Assembly (NCBI RefSeq): GCF_001194135.2
Contig: NC_068984.1
Coordinates: forward strand, 29,279,821 to 29,343,820
Direction of reading: 5' to 3'
Origin: Octopus bimaculoides
Taxonomy: Eukaryota
Length of the DNA: 64,000 nucleotides
Below the pieces are notes generated by a model. It worked only from the letters and a program-made list of their open reading frames with translations, was not told the DNA's origin and made no database searches. Both the position numbers and the translations under genes were made by a program. Of this stretch, positions 52,324 to 64,000 are shown piece after piece. Each line of letters starts with the position of its first letter. The stretch's first letter is position 1.

Positions 52324-54419
52324 ATACGTGTGAATTGCTTACCTAATTTATTTTATAACAATAATCTAACTCTATGAAAAGAGTAGTACTATCGATAAGA
52401 TGTGATGAGCTTTCGCTATCGTTTGAAGTATAAAGATCAAAGAAATAAAATAAAAACATGAGCAAAGACAAAAACGAAAATAAACCAGTTTAGTTATACT
52501 ACTACCGTCTTCAAGAAAAGCAGTATTGTTGCAGTGATACATTCCTTCAACTATATAAATATGAGGCATTGAACGTTTCTAAATTAAATATAATAAAACA
52601 GGGTCGTCGAAGATAGAGAACGTTGCCAATTCTGCGATAAGGTTTTAATTTCTAGTTAAAGCTATTTCATTCGCGTAAGTTACTAATGTTCTCTGAAAAG
52701 ATTTAAATGAGACATTCTGTTCTCCATAGAAATAAGAGGTCCCATGCTTTAATCAGAAGAAATAGATAATTATAATTGATAATTATAATTGAAGATTACG
52801 ACGTTTAGCCAGTCATAAAACGTCGAGTTTGATGATATATGAGAAAGACGTCTTCAGTCTGTTCATAATTATATGCGCTATTAGCGACAGTACGAATTAA
52901 ACTGCAAGCAAGCAATTTCCGTGATCTTGTTTCACTTTCCAAATATAGTTATTTTTCCTTCCTTTACATAGATAATGTTCCGAGGAATAGACAATTGTAA
53001 GAAGAATAGCAACAGCGAGCGTTTCGACCAGCCAACGAAACACTGTACCAGGAACACAGATCTCCCTCTGACCCTAGGAAGGAGTCTGTGTATGGTCACT
53101 CGAGTTGTCAGAAATAGCGCCCCAAAATCCCTCCATTAACACAGAAGACTATTTTGAATAATGCAGTTTTTTGACATAACCATGTAAAAAAGAAAGCAAA
53201 AAGAAAAAGGGAGGTAATTATCATTCGAACGCCTTTGATTAAAGGACTGTTCGAACAGGCCCGATCTAGAATTCAAAAGCAATAAATTTTCCACACACAC
53301 ATATATATAAATATAAAGCGCGCCTGTTGTGTGCAGTTGTATGCGTACACTGCACATATGGCAGTGTATACTTAGCACGGCATATATAAGCACATATAGA
53401 CGGATTGCGTTGTCAACTATTAGAGACTGCTATACATTTCTGTTCATCTTTAACTGACCTCCATTCCGGACATCAGGTACTTTTTCGTCGTAATTCTATC
53501 CACTCTTCACTGTCCGTATACAATTCTTAAACACTTCGTATCGATTTAAATTCACTGCAATTTTCTACTGTTTCCTTTATCCTCTTCTTTCCTCTCTATT
53601 TCAGTGTGAGTCTACGTTATTGTAAATTTCTGTATGTGTGCGCGTGCGATTATTGTGTATACTTTCCCCACCCTTTGTTATTCTTTCTTAATTATCACTC
53701 ATTTTATTTGGCCTGTCCTTCGTCACAGTAACCTTGATACGTTACCAACTTTCGCCCTACATTGATTCCCTCTCTTTTTCATTACGACATTACAGTTCAC
53801 TACTCACACCACTTATCATTGTTTTTTTTCGCTCCGTATCAACACATCGCCGTTTTTGTTAACATTTGTATGTGTTCATATGTTATTTGTTGGTGTGGTG
53901 TAGTCATTGTGTGCAATGTTTGTGTGTTGATGTATATAGTTCATTTAGTTCACTAATTCTTTGTTATTTATGTCTATGACGGTCTAATTTATGTCTCTTT
54001 GGATTGTTCTTCTTGTTTGGGGTATAGCTTGAGCAGTATTTGCAGTGTTGGCGTTTTCTCTGATGATGCTAATGGTGTTGGAGTTGGTGTTGGTTTGTAC
54101 CCGCTTCAAGTCTTTGTGAGGACAGATTTAAAAAAAAAATTCGTCTTCTTTCTCTCTCATCTTACGGAAAAAATTTTGCATTTTTAGTCTGTGTCGTCTT
54201 CATTGTAAGACTTATCTAAATGATCTTAGCGGAGAGGGGTATATTTTGCGGTGCCATGTTGGGTTGGGAGATTCTGTTATTGATATTAGTAATGTTGTTA
54301 CTGTTGTTATTGGGGTCATGTGGGTTCAGTTACTGATTTGCTTGCTGTTTCTGCTCCTATTATTACTAATGAGGCTGCTTTCACGGCCACTGCTGCTTAT
54401 TTTCCTGTTGTACCTGTTG

Positions 54420-55000
54420 CTGTTCTTGTTTCTCATGTGGCATTAGCAGTAATGTGAGCCTTCTCTCATTTGCTATCTGCCAATGGGCAGAAACCACTTA
54501 GATTGTTTATCGCGCCATTAATTTGATATCGTCGCCTCCTTCTCTGTACCGTCACTATCCAACTGGTACAATTTGGCCATTCGATTAGGTCGAGGATAAC
54601 TTCGAACTTCTCTGGATTCAATCGGAATGAAAACCGCTTGCCTATATCTAACCGTTTTTGTTGATGCATCTGATGGACTTCCGAGACTTCTTCATCTTCA
54701 TCATCTGACAAGGCAACCAAAACCAGCTACCAAGATAAATTTCTGGTGGTTTGTTCACAACCTTCACTATCACAACTCGTTTAGCCATATGTCACGGGAT
54801 GATGTACTCCTTAATTTTAATTTTAATTCAAACCCAAATCTGATGTCATTTGTAGCACATTGTTTGTTTCGCGTGTAGTATGATTTTTGTTTCCCTAAAG
54901 GCTCCAGATACCTTTTCGCCTGTTCTTGGTTGGTCTTTCAACCCATCGACTCTCGACACCTATGCAGTGGAAAGTCACCGTGAATCGATTAGTTTAGTCG
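54420..55000 (-). pseudogene. Possible decayed non-LTR retrotransposon ORF1 (L1/Tx1-like)
   Basis: WIVTVQRRRRRYQINGAINNLSGFCP looks like an eroded CX2CX4HX4C knuckle; upstream KRVVIVKVVNKPPEI. Confidence 0.35.
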
Positions 55001-56094
55001 ATAACGTTACTAGGTACCGCTAGATTTACTTTCTTTTTGCTCCAGTAGAGTATCGATTTTCCTTCAATTATTTCTCTCTGCAGCATAAGTCTTTCTGTGA
55101 CTCGAGCTGTTTCAGCAAAATACATTGTCGGTTTAACTATCTGTTTATACGTTTTGTTGCCTGCGGTGTTGCTACTGTTACAGCTTTCGGTGGTGATGGA
55201 TTTTTCGGCTGCCGTAGAAATGACAGTTGCGGTCGTGTTCGTAGTAGTTAATCACGCTGATTTCGAGTGTGGTTGAAGTGTGTTGCTGTGATGGAAGAGG
55301 TGCGTAGTAGCGGTAGTACAAATAGAGTTCGTATGGCTGATGCACTTTGCTTCGATTGACCAGTTTCTTAGGATCCTTGAATTCTCAATTCTGGATGTTA
55401 CTGTATTTACGTGTTTACTGGTGAACAAACGCATATATATATATATANNNNNNNNNNNNNNNNNNNNNNNNNNNNNNNNNNNNNNNNNNNNNNNNNNNNN
55501 NNNNNNNNNNNNNNNNNNNNNNNNNNNNNNNNNNNNNNNNNNNNNNNNNNNNNNNNNNNNNNNNNNNNNNNNNNNNNNNNNNNNNNNNNNNNNNNNNNNN
55601 NNNNNNNNNNNNNNNNNNNNNNNNNNNNNNNNNNNNNNNNNNNNNNNNNNNNNNNNNNNNNNNNNNNNNNNNNNNNNNNNNNNNNNNNNNNNNNNNNNNN
55701 NNNNNNNNNNNNNNNNNNNNNNNNNNNNNNNNNNNNNNNNNNNNNNNNNNNNNNNNNNNNNNNNNNNNNNNNNNNNNNNNNNNNNNNNNNNNNNNNNNNN
55801 NNNNNNNNNNNNNNNNNNNNNNNNNNNNNNNNNNNNNNNNNNNNNNNNNNNNNNNNNNNNNNNNNNNNNNNNNNNNNNNNNNNNNNNNNNNNNNNNNNNN
55901 NNNNNNNNNNNNNNNNNNNNNNNNNNNNNNNNNNNNNNNNNNNNNNNNNATATACATATATATATATATTAAGCTATCCGCAAGCAAACTAGTAGATACT
56001 GGAATATATTTATCGCAGGTTTATTGCTTTACGTACATCAGGGCTTAAGTCGCTAGTTATTTCTGTTTGCATAATTCAGATTCGTTTAACGCTC

Positions 56095-57170
56095 ACTGCT
56101 AACATTTTTTCCTTCTCCAACCGGAAGTCCCTTTCGCTGCTGACCAACTTCCTAGCAAGCCCACACCGAAGTTCCTGTCTACAGTTCGAGAATGTCGGAG
56201 TGGTGAGACGGGCGAAGATTCGAGAATTCGTTCTTGGTCTGCGAGACGGTTGCTATGCGGAGGGCGGATGTTGCAAAAGACACGGAAGCGTATGTGTTGC
56301 TGTCAAGGAGTCGTCTACCTCGCAAATCAACCAGTAACAAGTGTTTTCGAAGAAAGTCTGCACTGATTATGGGCGGATGGACATTAGCTATGGTGAATAC
56401 CCATGTGTATTTTTGTAAGCCGATGTTGAGAGAAAGGGTGCGACGACCGTATGCCTCGATTGTAGAACCGTTGGCAGCTGTTAAAGGTTGGCTTTGCTTT
56501 CCGTGACGGAGATCCCTTGCCGACGCCAGGATCATGCTCACTTCTGCTCCTGTGTCGATTAGGAACCTGCATCCGGAACTCCTATCAAGGACATACAGGA
56601 GCATTTGACAGTTCAATGGCGGCCGGCGTTGGAGTTTTCCTGGCTTATTGGTGAAGAGGTCCCAAAGCTACATGGTTGTTTGAACTTTGTAGCCTTTTCT
56701 CCGAACTTTGCGTGGTAGAAGCACAGGTCATCTTGCTTAAATCTATCCTGTCTCGGGGTCGACCCTATGGCGTTGACCATAACCCCGCTGGATAAAAAAT
56801 ATCAGCTGCCTTCGCTAATTGCCGCAGGTCCTCTATTTCAGTTTGAGTTATGAGGGCTTGGTCCTGGGGTGGAATATTTCGCTAAGCAAAAAGGAAGGTG
56901 ACTCATCGGAGTGGGGGGACTAATGCCAACATTTATCCATCAGTTAAGAAGGCTTAGAATCGCTTAATTCCTCCTCTGGTATTTTGGCCGCCGATTCTCG
57001 TTCACTGCATCGGAATGTATCCACTAGCTTATTTTCCAATATAGCGTATTTGTGTGTTGGTAGGGGCTGGGTTAAAATGTCCAGCACTCTCGTTGCTGTA
57101 TCTTCATCTAGTGCCGCTACAACGTACGAGTATTTCGTTTGGTCGGCCGTTATGTTGTTTATATTGAATT
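56095..57170 (-). mobile_element. Gypsy/Ty3 LTR-retrotransposon remnant: gag, zinc knuckle, protease; most of pol deleted
   Basis: gag NITADQTKYSYVVAALDEDTATRVLDIL; knuckle LCFYHAKFGEKATKFKQPCSF; retropepsin RFLIDTGAEVS and PIISADFLRKHLLLVDL. No LTRs recognised. Confidence 0.93.
56179..56616 (-). pseudogene. Gypsy aspartic protease reading frame
   Basis: DTG catalytic triad intact in the 145-aa ORF; homology ends near NEFSNL. Confidence 0.9.
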
Positions 57171-57784
57171 AGGACCCCGTTTGGCTTAATGGTAGGACAC
57201 TTAGACTGTATCTGAAGAGTACAGCTTTGACTCCCATATTCGCCTGTTGGTAACATTTTCCCGTCATATGAGGATAAATACCCATTCTTTCTCTGCTGTT
57301 CTTACAGTTTTACTGCTTTCGAAATTTACTTTCTTGTTTGTGATATATATATATATATATATACAAATAAAAGGGTAAAGGATTATCAATTTATTAATTT
57401 ATTAATAAATTAACAATTAATAATTTTTACCAAGCCCTTCGGTATGTAAACACCATTATCGGTGAAGAACTTATTTAAAAGTTCTTATACATTTATAAAC
57501 ATAATTAAGGGATCAGCAACAGTTGCTTCACCACATACCGAAGTTCAGAAATAGCAGCTAAAGTGCAGAAACTGTTGGAGTTTCTGCACTTTAGCTGCNN
57601 NNNNNNNNNNNNNNNNNNNNNNNNNNNNNNNNNNNNNNNNNNNNNNNNNNNNNNNNNNNNNNNNNNNNNNNNNNNNNNNNNNNNNNNNNNNNNNNNNNNN
57701 NNNNNNNNNNNNNNNNNNNNNNNNNNNNNNNNNNNNNNNNNNNNNNNNNNNNNNNNNNNNNNNNNNNNNNNNNNNNNNNNNNNN

Positions 57785-57822
<38 letters not shown>

Positions 57823-57848
57823 TAGTAACAGAAGCAGTAATGACACTA

Positions 57849-58036
57849 AAAAGTAATCTTTATGCCCAACTTAACGTGAATGTTTTGGTAGAACACCGAA
57901 TACTGCGTTATTTACCTAAAGAGAACCTTTTATGTGAACTCGTGGTGCATCTGAGAGATTCTCTCTTGGCAAATAACGCAGTATTCGATGTTCTAACTAA
58001 ACATCTGCGTTAAGTCGGGTATAAAATATTGCTTTT
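57849..58036. mobile_element. Foldback element, about 188 bp
   Basis: Arms of about 80 bp are reverse complements at roughly 80% by eye; a partial related copy lies at about 24245-24315. Confidence 0.85.
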
Positions 58037-58074
58037 GATACACACACACACACACACACACATATATAAAGAAA

Positions 58075-58107
<33 letters not shown>

Positions 58108-59699
58108 CTGTGTGTGTGTGCGCACAAAGAAAAAGAGAACGAAAGAAAAAGTCACATACACGCGTACGATAAATGAACCATAGACTTTGTAGTGCAGAAG
58201 ATTCTTATCTTTGACTAGCTTTCATCTTTACATATATTCCACCAGGCAAGTAAGCAATGGAAACAAACGATGTTAGCCCAAGCCATCTATATGAAGCTAA
58301 AGACGGAATAGTTCTGGAAGAAAGGCTGTACTATTTTTCTTTCTTTCTATAATCTCTACAGTGAAGTAACGAGATGTCGTAACGCTTGTTTTGTAAGAGT
58401 TATGTAGTTTGTTGGATGTCTCGAAGATCGATTGAATGAATTAATGTTACCGCCGTCATCGATAAAATTTATTCTTGAAGTCTTAAGAAAACGATACCAT
58501 ATAACGTAAAAGAAGTGATACTGTTCTCTTTGTTTTCTTTTACTGTAACCGTTTCAATTGAACAAAATCATTGGCTCAAATTTCCGAAGGAAACTTTTGT
58601 AAATAGAGAGCAAACTTTCAAATTAAAACAATTATAAGAATGAATTCCAATAAAGAATGCAAATTTAGTTATAGTGGTTATAAGTACAAGTAACAGCTTG
58701 ACCAATATATAAACCATGTACTATAGTTTGATCGCTGACAATAATTGATTCATTACAACATTATACATTGTTTTGTGTAAAATAAATCATACAGTTGATT
58801 GTTTCCCTCTTTTCACACCTCTTTCTTCTTTGTCTTCGTACATCTTATTGTTCTGTTGATGACAAACTTTCTTTCTCCCTCTCCCTCTGTCATCGTGTGT
58901 GTGTGTGTATGTCTTTGTCTGTCTGTCTCTCCCTCCTTCAATCTTTTATACTCTTCCAATGAATGGACGTCTCGTAGATAATACAGGAAATTAATTGTCT
59001 CGAAAGTTTAAACTTTGACATTCATAACTGCCCTAAGGTAATGCTGATGATAGCAGCAGCAGCAGCAGCAACAGTACTAGTAGCAGGAACAGGAACAGTA
59101 ATAGTATGAGAAGCAGTAGTTGTAGTAGTAATAAGGGTAATAATAACTATAAAAAATAAAAGGATAATAATAGTCATGATATAATTGAGGTCACTCTAAA
59201 AGACGAAAGTAAACATTCCAGCCGCAATTTAAAAATCCTCCAACAACACTCTTACATAGATAAACAATTAGGATATATATCTATCTATATATTCATATAT
59301 GCGGTATACGCAATTGAGGCAGTATTCAATTATAATAGCCATTTATATATCATAATGGGATATACATCGTGAACAGGCCAGTTACTGTGGTATTTATCCT
59401 GAGATAACACTTGTTATGCATGTACTGTATTAAAAACATAATAAATATCCGAAACGAAAAGTCCTCGTCGTAGCAAGTGAGAACATCTGAAGCATTTCTT
59501 TTTTTTTTCTTTTTACTTTATAACTTTTTCAATGACGTGTATTCGCAGACAGCGACAGGCCTGGATTAGAATTCGTATGGGAAGAATTCGTATAGGGATA
59601 AAAACATTTACTAGTTTTGCAAATAGACCATCGACTGAAATATAATCCGCTGTACGCGACTGAGATAGTATTAGATTCAAGTAGTCATCTATGTTTCAT

Positions 59700-60900
59700 A
59701 CGTCACGTATGGAAGGCACAAATTGACAGAAATGCATCTGGCGTTTTCGTTGGCTGTTACTGGCGACAACTGCGCCTCCCTCAGTTTTACATCACTTTGG
59801 TACCTTAAATGTGTGATTTTGTGTATTAACTGTCGGTTTGGCCTCAAAAGACGGCTAATTATCCCTTTCTGCATCTTCCTTATTTTTCTGCAGTGAGGCA
59901 TCATTGTTGTTTTGAGGAGCCATTCACTCCTCACTTGTTATAGCTGTATTTTGTCGATGTTATCTATTTTTGTAATTTTTTCTCATTTTACATTGCCTCC
60001 AAAATAGTTTGGGAACTTTCCTCTGCAGCCATTATCCCTTCCTCGTTACAGAACTATGGAGGCGGGCAGGGTACTACTAGTTGCTCCAGTTAAGCGATGA
60101 GTTTGTCAACTTGTTTCTAGTACTGAGCATGAGGCATCTCCTCTGCTATTTCTGGGGCTCTGACTAATGGCACTCTAGAATCTGGTGTTTACAAATCGTG
60201 TTACTGTCACAATAACGAGATTTTTCAGGTGTTCTGGGCTAAATATTGTGAAGTAGTTTTTACTACATCTGTACCATTAGCTTCATAGCTTGTCTTCGCG
60301 TCCTCAACTGAATACACCTGTAGAATGAATTCCTGTTATTCTAGAGTCATTCAGTTTGTAAATGCCTTTTGAACCCCGACTGTATATCGTCACTTATTAG
60401 CTCTGCTTTAACCACCCCTTCTTAATGAATACAGAAGTGACCACCAACAATAGATCTACGTTGTTTCCAATGTTTCTTATCATCAACCTACTTTTCTGCC
60501 CCTTCTGCTGGCTTTCAGGTGTATAGACCAAGGGATATCTAACAATTTCTGCTTTAGGTGAATTTAAGTTTTTGCTGTCTTCGTTCTTCAAAGCGCAGTA
60601 TAAACGCTTCCTTAATTTTCCCCCTTCTGATTGACAGGATTTCTTCCGAAATTTAATGTGATGTTTGATTTAGTTGACGCTTTGACGATATTTCATTACT
60701 GTCACCATCCTTTTTAACCGATATGTTTTTTTTTAATTCTCTAGGATAAGATACTGCATTAAAGATGCATTGTCTGATTTAACAAAATTCTCACATCTTC
60801 CTTTTCTGGAAACTGTTAAATATAACAATATATATTTGTGTCACAATGGAGGTAATGTTAGCTTTATCACAATTACTATATGAACTCATTAAAATGTTTG
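59700..60900 (-). pseudogene. Possible highly decayed Penelope-like reverse transcriptase
   Basis: Weak motifs in the expected order: DKANITSI (cf. DKGNxTVI), LLVVTSVFI (cf. SFDVTSLFT), CSKNYFTIF (cf. CLxxxYFxFN), LCLPYV (cf. xLPYV). Many stops. Confidence 0.4.
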
Positions 60901-61416
60901 CCTCTGAGTTTGTGTCGTGCTGTTTGTCTGTGTTGATGTTCATGTGGTACATTTGTTCCTATGTTCCCCCTCTTTTCCCTGTCTTCAGAATTACTTGTTA
61001 GACTGTTCGATATATCTTTTTCTTTTCTAATTGTTTATTGAAGTGTTCATTGTTTTTTTTTCTTTGTGTTTATTCTGTGGTGTAATTTGTTTTTGTTTTT
61101 CTTTGGTCATGTTTGCTGTTGCAATATTTTGTTCTGTATCAGTAGGTATATTTCTTAGACATTTATAACAATGAAATATGGTCAGAAAGAGTAAGAAAAG
61201 AAAATAAAGTCTGCAATATCTTTAGTCAAACTACTGGTAGGGGGCAGGTGTTGACTGTTCTCAGGTAACTGAAATGAATGCTTTCTAAAGAAATTATTAT
61301 TTAGTAATGCTTCAATATAAAGTCGTGTCGCAGAACCCTACCTTCAACAAACACACATGTTTACTCTGCGCAAGTCACTACCACTGCTGCTACAACTACT
61401 ACTACTACTACTACTA

Positions 61417-61470
<54 letters not shown>

Positions 61471-61546
61471 ATAGTAATAATAATGACAATGATAAACGTT
61501 TCTACTATAGGCACAAGGCCTAGATAATAATAAAAGTAATAACAAG

Positions 61547-61581
<35 letters not shown>

Positions 61582-63302
61582 GACTACTACTACTACTACT
61601 ACTAATAATAATAATAATAATAATAATAATTACCATGTACAACGAGAATCAATAAGACATCAATAAGAAAAATATGCAGCATAATACTCCCTATGCCACA
61701 TAGGCAACAAGAAGAGAGATTGTGCAGAACACTTTAATCATTGCAAAACTATGTTGGAAAATAGATGAAATGCTAATAGCCTATATCTTGAGAAATGTAA
61801 AGACTTATAGAATTGGAAATCTCTCACCTGCTTATGAAATACATATAAAAATCTGGCATGAATACTTTCTCGCAGGATAAATGTGCACATAGAAGTGACT
61901 AATATATCGCAAGATAGATTATTATCAACGAAGATTTTGGGGTGTCAGTTATGACTCAATGTACCGACTCCTAATCAAGAAACACATAACAGAATAAAAT
62001 AATAGAAAAAGAAAATATTGGTAATGGCGTGAATTCACTTGTAAAATAATCTTTTTATGGTGTTTTGTGTTAATGAGTAATGAAGATGCATGTCATATAG
62101 TTAGTGTATTGTGCTCACGATTATTAGTTTGTGGGTTCGATTCTTTAGCAAGTTATATCCTTGAAAGCTAGGCATTTTATTTCATGCTGTTCCAGTCTAT
62201 GCAACTGAAAATGAGTACCAGTCAAGTGCTGGGGATGCCCTCTATACCTCCTCTTATCAAATCTTTAATGTTCTGTTGGGTCAAGGGAGAAGAGAAAGAC
62301 TCGCAAACACTGAAGTGGTTAAAACAATTAGCGAAACCATGCTACCAAGTCATACTCGCTTGCGAGTGACGGACATATTATGTTAGCATTTCTGGATTCT
62401 AACAGAAGTCATAACAAAGGAAACATATTACGTGTGTTAGTCAAAACATCTACTCAGAAAATAGCGGATCACCGAGCGAACCGTTAAGTGATTAATCGAC
62501 CTGCTTAAAACAGCAGCCAAAAATTCCATTCCCTCATATCACATACTACGATCTCCATAAAAAAACAACGTCGCATTAGGTGATGTAGTCGTAGCTACCC
62601 TGTGAAAAGAATAGACGGTCGACTGCAAGTGTTATGCATTTGATTATAACACTGATCATTTGATTATCTCGCTGATCTGGGCGGGCTGGCGAATACAAAC
62701 AACAGCAATTATAAATACACATGATATAATGTTAAATAGAGTTTAGACAATTAAAGAGTCTGAAATAAAAATTAGGTCAATAAACGTTTTAGAATGAGTC
62801 AAGATACACAACTCGTAAAGAACACTATAATAATTAAAACATAAAAGTGAAAACAAAAATATAAAACAAACGAAAAACATTTTTATTAGTATACCGTGCG
62901 TGTGCCCGCACATTGTTTTATGTATTAATGTATTAATCGAACTAAATATAAGTAATAGTTTTAAAGTTGTAAATTGGAAAATGATCAAATTCATAAGATT
63001 AAATAGGAGATAAACAAAATTAATGACAACATATAGAATATAAAAGTCGAAAATAAGACATTGACGGGCTATATATATCACAGACATAAGATTGAAGAGG
63101 TGTGGTAAAGGGACGAAAAATGTGATTAAACCCCTTCTGTGGGCGTACAAAAATAGCTGTTTTTAAGGTGAGGCTGTTGGAGTGTTATTGTTCTTGTCAG
63201 TACAAAACATAAAATCTGCTATTAAGTTTAATGGTAAGCATCAATAGTCATACAAAATTAATGAGAAATATGTAATAAACTTTTATAATAATAATAATAA
63301 TG

Positions 63303-63354
<52 letters not shown>

Positions 63355-63394
63355 TAATAATAATAATAATAATGATAATAATAATAATAATAAT

Positions 63395-63514
63395 TTCGGG
63401 CAGCGAAAGCCCGAAATTGGCATAACGAAAATGCAATAAGCACCATGACAATGTGGCAAGAATAATCCATTGGGAACTCTGTGGAAATCACGGCCTATAA
63501 AGAGCAAAAACGTG
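63395..63514 (+). pseudogene. R4/Dong-like non-LTR ORF fragment between (TAA)n tracts
   Basis: SESPKLA*RKCNKHHDNVARIIHWELCGNHGL*RAKT resembles the RLE-element CCHC-RHD region (CPKLAQKEYKRRHDNVARIVHWELC). Confidence 0.8.
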
Positions 63515-63529
63515 ATAATAATAATAATC

Positions 63530-63708
63530 CTTTCTACTATAGGCACAAGGGCCTGGATTTTGTGGGGAGGGGTCAGTCAATCACATCGATCCCGAAAGAA
63601 TGAAAGACAAAGTCTACCTCGGCGGAATTTGAACTCAGAACGTACTGGCAGGCGAAATACCGCTAAGCATTTTGCCCAGTGTGCTAATGATTCTGTTAGC
63701 TCGCTGCC

Positions 63709-63710
<2 letters not shown>
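63530..63710 (-). mobile_element. SINE family B flanked by (TAA)n
   Basis: CCTCGGCGGAATTTGAACTCAGAACGTA..GAAATACCGCTAAGCATTTTGCCCAG. Confidence 0.92.
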
Positions 63711-63784
<74 letters not shown>

Positions 63785-64000
63785 TGATAATGATAATAAT
63801 AAAAATAATAATAATAATAATAGTAATAATAATAATAATGATAATAATAATAATAATTCCTGCCAAGAAAAGAGGGTGGCTGTGGATTTTTACAACTGGA
63901 ATTAACAATGAAGATTGCCACATTTAACTTTAGGCCCAACCTGAAAAACTCTGATGATTGGATGTTACGACTTGTCTTAAAGCATGAAAACAAGAAAGCT

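Noticed and set aside
57432-57470. Third hammerhead-like motif on the minus strand (CAC CGATAAT GGT..ACC GAAGG)
   Set aside because: Both conserved core segments are mutated; may be a dead PLE-type copy but cannot be supported.
58978-59037. Cyclin-box-like pattern in EINCLESLNFDI
   Set aside because: Too short and no supporting exons.

Overview
AT-rich, repeat-saturated metazoan intronic/intergenic DNA with 16 N-gaps, most flanked by microsatellites. The SINE families look like those I recall from octopod cephalopods (Octopus-type draft assembly); this is inference, not a database result. No complete host gene can be supported. The ORF track is almost all microsatellite or N-gap read-through; a few short exon candidates and a pure CAG/CAA poly-Gln ORF are flagged at low confidence. 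Supported content: several tRNA-derived SINE families; a full-length but dead hAT/Charlie transposon with 8-bp TSDs (25170-27443); several MITEs and foldback elements; and decayed Tc1/mariner, maT-like, HERO-like, RTE-like, R4/Dong-like, Gypsy and probably Penelope remnants. The most interesting signal is two distinct head-to-head palindromic elements (13803-14617 and about 22040-22400). In each, a tRNA-like Pol III head is joined to a tail carrying a minimal type-I hammerhead ribozyme motif with a palindromic ACGT stem III, suggesting non-autonomous ribozyme-bearing SINEs that depend on Penelope-like elements. All family names are from recalled motifs; SINE boundaries are approximate.
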